This document shows positions 61,917 through 64,000 of a stretch of DNA of 64,000 bases, one piece after another. A program made the translations under genes and the position numbers. The notes beneath the pieces were generated by a model that was not told the DNA's origin, searched no databases, and saw only the letters and a program-made list of their open reading frames with translations. Source of the DNA: Bigelowiella natans CCMP2755 (taxonomy: Eukaryota; Protista; Cercozoa); the NCBI GenBank assembly GCA_000320545.1, contig ADNK01002159.1, positions 17,144 to 81,143 of the forward strand, read 5' to 3'. Numbering within the stretch: position 1 is the first letter of the stretch; every line of letters starts with the position of its first letter.

Positions 61917-63080
61917 ATATAGAATATTAGACAGCTTAGCTGTTAGCTAGAAAGAGGGTGAGGTGAATGCATCCATGAAGCCGCATGTTAAATGGATGTG
62001 AACCACTAAAAATGGGTTTACATTGTTCACAGATGTTAATTTGGCGCGAAATTAAAAAGATAAAATATACATCATAAATATTACGTATTATCCTATATGT
62101 GTGCTGTCTTTTTTGGAAGGCGCTGGTGTTCTTAACGCAGTAGCCGTAGTGTGCACAATCATGCAAGTTTCACATGCATCGCTGTACCTGTACGTGTACG
62201 TGCGCGTGCGTCATCACACCAACACACACACAAAGCCACATTAATAAACACAGCGTTTGTTGAATGTGCATGTGTGTGTGACCATCCATGAGATTAGAGG
62301 CATGCATTTTACAAACTCCATCCATGCACATGGACACATTTTCAACGCATCTTTGTAGCTTTTGCGGTCGTTAGATGAATGTGGACCCAGCATTCAAACA
62401 AAAATCGTGCACTCACGGGGCACAGGCGAAGCAAACAAATGACAGAATGAAAGGTGATGAACAGGGTTTTTTTTCATCGTCACGATCATCATCGCCGCCA
62501 TGTCCGTCGTTCTCATTGTCACCCGCCAACTGTCTGTGAAAGGGTGACCGTTTTTTTGCTGAATGAAAGCGCAACTCGAATGCAGACACCGTGCACGACG
62601 ACATGCCATGTCGTCATCGTCGTCGCTGTACGTGTTGCTTAGCGCCTGTGTGAACATGCAGCGCGTGTGTTAGACGCTCGCTTTCTGAATCACAAAGATA
62701 GAAAGAAGTGATTTCGCATGAAGTTGAAGGGGACGCTCGGACGCCCAGCTGCAGGACAACAATTTAAGGTAATTATGGGGACAAGAACTCTTGGGGAAGG
62801 CTTGTCGCTTCCTGGAAAGCGAAGACTTTTTTGTGATATGAGAAACAGAAGAGATTCGCTTCCAATTTGTAGGTTGCGACACGGATAGTTGATTGTTTCG
62901 TCGGACAAATCTCCAAAGTGTTGTCGTCCAGCGCTCGCGACGGCTATCCCCAGCTCCCAGCTCCCGCGCACAAACCGTTCGGGTTGGTCTGGTCGGGGAA
63001 AGGGAAGAAGGCGCGGTTGCCTCCTTCTACCACCCGCTTTTCTCTTCCTCTCCACCTCCCCCTTCCTCTCTGCGACGGCG

Positions 63081-63812
63081 ATGAGGAGGGGGAGCTCTCG
63101 ATCCCTCTTGCGACGGCGCCGAGCCGCCGTCCAACAGGCCGCAGTCGTATCGTACATCCTGGTCATTGCTTCTCTGGTGTGGGCGCCCCAGTCTTCGTTG
63201 TACAACGATCCACCTCAGGGATCGAGACCACCTTCTGCCTACCTAGGGGCAGGGGAGGATAGTAAGGACACGAATCAACGAGGCAGGAGAGGGGATGGCT
63301 ACGGCGAGAAGGGAGATCCCTCCTCCTATCAGAGACGGCGGTGGCGGCGGGAGCGACGAGAGGGCGTCGCTGACGACTTCATGGGAGTCAGACGGCCACC
63401 TGCGAAAGAGTATACAAAGATGTCGTCGTCTCATCAATCCATGAGGGGAAATCAACGTCTAGCTGCCCCCCCCCGCTCATCCCAGCGCGAACAATTCTAC
63501 GAGCCACAACAGGGCGTGCACCAACGCACCTCTTCTCTTCAGCATGCTGCTGACGAAGATGCAGGGGATTATCGAGGTGGCAAGCATCGTGGGATGAAAA
63601 GTCAACATACGAGACGCGGGTACAGTGATGAGTACTACGGTGACCGGGCGTGGAAAGGCGGAGAAGACGGCAGCGGTGGCAGGGGTTCAGCATCAAACAG
63701 GGTTCTTCCTCCTCCTCACCACCACCATAGAACCCCCCCTCCCCACCGTAGCTTCACTGGGCAGAAAGATCATCCACAGGGCTGCCACCATCCAATGTAC
63801 GGGCATAAATAG
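63081..63812 (+). CDS. Hypothetical membrane-anchored or signal-bearing protein, first exon; probably continues beyond the window
   Basis: MRRGSSRSLLRRRRAAVQQAAVVSYILVIASLVWAP (basic stretch + hydrophobic helix) followed by a long G/R/D-rich open frame. A likely donor lies near 63702, with microsatellite intron-like sequence after it. Confidence 0.5.
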   Translation: MRRGSSRSLLRRRRAAVQQAAVVSYILVIASLVWAPQSSLYNDPPQGSRPPSAYLGAGEDSKDTNQRGRRGDGYGEKGDPSSYQRRRWRRERREGVADDFMGVRRPPAKEYTKMSSSHQSMRGNQRLAAPPRSSQREQFYEPQQGVHQRTSSLQHAADEDAGDYRGGKHRGMKSQHTRRGYSDEYYGDRAWKGGEDGSGGRGSASNRVLPPPHHHHRTPPPHRSFTGQKDHPQGCHHPMYGHK

Positions 63813-63867
63813 CACCTTATCGTAAATTGCTTCAGACCATCACATATATATCGGCCAATCAGATGTA

Positions 63868-63992
<125 letters not shown>

Positions 63993-64000
63993 GGATGTAA

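Noticed and set aside
62690-63205. 171-aa minus ORF as the divergent partner of the last gene
   Set aside because: It overlaps the plus-strand start region in antisense and has no recognisable features.

Overview
Gene-dense, intron-rich eukaryotic nuclear DNA. Introns are GT-AG, plus at least three GC-AG, and are full of microsatellites. Two genes carry signal-anchor + transit-peptide leaders on cyanobacterial-type proteins, so a secondary-plastid alga such as a chlorarachniophyte is my inference. Splicing exons by hand gives 19 protein-coding genes: DeSI/PPPDE peptidase (partial), TOM1-like VHS-GAT adaptor, mitochondrial Hsp60, Dabb stress protein, ankyrin-RBBP9 hydrolase fusion, GT37-like fucosyltransferase-TPR, plastid MBL-fold protein, plastid alpha/beta hydrolase, NUDT14-like Nudix, HMG-box-like protein, ADCK1-like kinase, RanBP2-ZnF dual-specificity phosphatase, BT1 transporter, a putative zinc-finger protein, a mitochondrial-type EF-hand membrane protein, a TPT-family transporter, an ANK-CH-coiled-coil-tyrosine kinase-SAM protein, a PhyH-like dioxygenase and a partial membrane-anchored protein. 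No RNA genes, CRISPR or intact mobile elements were recognised. Two signals stand out. (1) A repeating genome grammar: 16 of 19 genes sit in head-to-head pairs, and every complete gene 3' end is followed by a tract of alternating purine-pyrimidine, short-palindrome DNA with distorted TpA content. (2) A tyrosine-kinase-signature protein with an unusual domain architecture whose ankyrin exons were recently tandemly duplicated. Gene models are manual; exact termini are less certain than the family calls.
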